This document shows, piece by piece, positions 62,391 to 64,000 of a stretch of DNA of 64,000 bases (the first letter of the stretch is position 1; each line of letters starts with the position of its first letter). The position numbers and the translations under genes were made by a program. The DNA lies in the NCBI RefSeq assembly GCF_036321535.1, contig NC_087436.1, forward strand, positions 5,022,001 to 5,086,000. The letters are read 5' to 3'. This DNA comes from Camelus dromedarius (Eukaryota). The notes under the pieces were generated by a model. That model was not told the origin of the DNA, did no database searches, and saw only the letters and a program-made list of their open reading frames with translations.

Positions 62391-63229
62391 TTGATCAACT
62401 ACTCAGAATAAGAAAGTATCAGAGTTATTATTTTGATTTCTTGAATATGTGTGAGCACATCTGACTGTCCTTTATGATTAGATTACCGCATTCTGTTGAT
62501 TCTTATTTTGTAGTTGGCTTTATTCCTTTGGTAACTATGTACGTTTAAAAAGCTAAAGATCTGATCTAACTATGTAAGTTTAAAAAGCTAGAGATCTATT
62601 GTTCTTAGAAACAATAATTAGTACCTATATGTAAACTAAAAAAAAGTACAGTATACTGTATATATGTATTTACATGCAATATAATGTGTATGTGTAGTTG
62701 CACTGTAATAATTCTACATAATAAAACTGAAAAAGGAAAAAAAGAAAAAAGAAAATATCAGAGCATAAAATTCTAAATTTAGTTTTCTCTTAGCTGCATC
62801 ATCAGGCAGAAACAATGCTAATCTAATCAAATTGACAAGAAATCAGATAGAATTTTAAATTCTCTATTAGGTATTATTAATGAACTTTAGCCAAAACGCA
62901 CAGTGGATCTTGAGATACTGGCCAATCAAGTAGATGCTGGCCAATCAGTCAAGTAGACCTATCGAATTTACAAATAACTACATCAAAATGTATTGAAGGT
63001 AGGTGCTCAAAATTTCATCCTGACAAGGGTGAATGATGAAAATGTTTGGTCATTCAATTGTTGGTCCACGCTGGAACAGAAGGACCAACATGTATGGACC
63101 ACTTCCCTGTCACCTGCGTGGCTTCCTGCTACCTGTGATGTAATTCACAAAGCCTTCCCACAGCAGCATCTCCCGTCTCGGGTTCCTCTCCAGACACATG
63201 GGACTTGCTTCGTCCTGTGAGACTTGCCA

Positions 63230-63560
63230 GGCTCTGGGATCTGGGCTCCCGCTCAGTCTCCCTTCATCTGTAATGCCTTCTCCCTTCCTCCCTCCCTGTA
63301 TTTGCCCGGCTGCCTGCTACTCAACAGTCTGTCTTTAGATTATACCTTAAAAAGTCATTCCTTTGCAGACCTTTCCAACACACTTGAAACTAGGTTAGAC
63401 TCGTGTCTCCACACACCACCTTAAAGTACTCTGCACTTCCTCTATTAAAACAATCACACCTTCCTGCAATCCCCAGTTAAATTCTTTATTTTCCCCAATA
63501 GTCAGTATAAATGGAGGTCAGGGGCCAGAACTCTCTTAGTCACTGCTCCATGCCCACCAC
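63230..63560 (+). mobile_element. L2 3' region
   Basis: aatgccttctccc...gtcattcctttgcagacctttcc...ctaggttagac...ctctgcacttcctcta...ttccccaatagtcagtataa. Confidence 0.6.
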
Positions 63561-64000
63561 CACCATCATTACGCTTGTTTAATTCTTTTAAAATAGAAGT
63601 TTCAGAGTACCTTATAGGGAAATACAGGCAAAAGCAAATTCATATGTCTTCAATTATCTCCCTAAAAACTGAGGTTACCAGGAAGTGTAACAGAAGTGTC
63701 TGTGGTTTAAATGGAGTCAGTGATCTGGGTTACTCGGCGGAGTAACTCCTAAGAGTAAATCAGTAATTTTACTTACGGCTGGTGGAAAATACAGACACCC
63801 CATGTTCTCCAGAAGCTTTAAGAATTTTAAATTCTACATAATTTTTTTTCTTTGAATGCCTCTTATTCAGAAGACTAATGAAATCACAGTGAATTCCTTA
63901 TAGAAATGAAAATGCTGCAGAAAAGGTAATGGGTTGTTGTCATTTTGCCAATAAATATATTGACAATCTGACTTTCATTCACCCTTTCAAACATGCTGTA

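Noticed and set aside
1..64000. CRISPR array, operon or other prokaryotic system
   Set aside because: The sequence is mammalian; there are no regularly spaced repeat-spacer units or gene-dense ORFs.

Overview
AT-rich, CpG-depleted mammalian non-coding DNA (intergenic or deep intronic). It is most likely camelid: it has a tRNA-Ala-type SINE resembling Vic-1 and many cetartiodactyl-type L1 3' ends, with no Alu, B1, Bov-A or PRE-like SINEs. I recognise no intact protein-coding gene, rRNA, tRNA or CRISPR array. Every ORF with a recognisable product is an L1 ORF2 fragment. Much of the window is transposon-derived: L1 of several ages, L2, MIR, MLT1/MER21/ERV LTRs, and Tigger1- and hAT-type DNA elements. 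The best-supported structures are a 5'-inverted (twin-primed) young L1 nested in an older L1 nested in L2 (33.2-36.3 kb), several L1 insertions with exact target-site duplications (TSDs), an ERV1 solo LTR with a 4-bp TSD, and a solo LTR carrying a tandem CCAAT/octamer array. More speculative leads in unique sequence are a near-perfect RFX X-box abutting a TATA box (28.16 kb), cadherin-repeat-like motifs (37.0-37.3 kb), an Ig-domain-like motif behind a splice acceptor (41.8 kb), a small CpG-dense patch (57 kb) and two perfect inverted repeats. Repeat family names were assigned by eye from remembered consensus sequences and need RepeatMasker/Dfam confirmation. I cannot demonstrate a novel biological system from the sequence alone.
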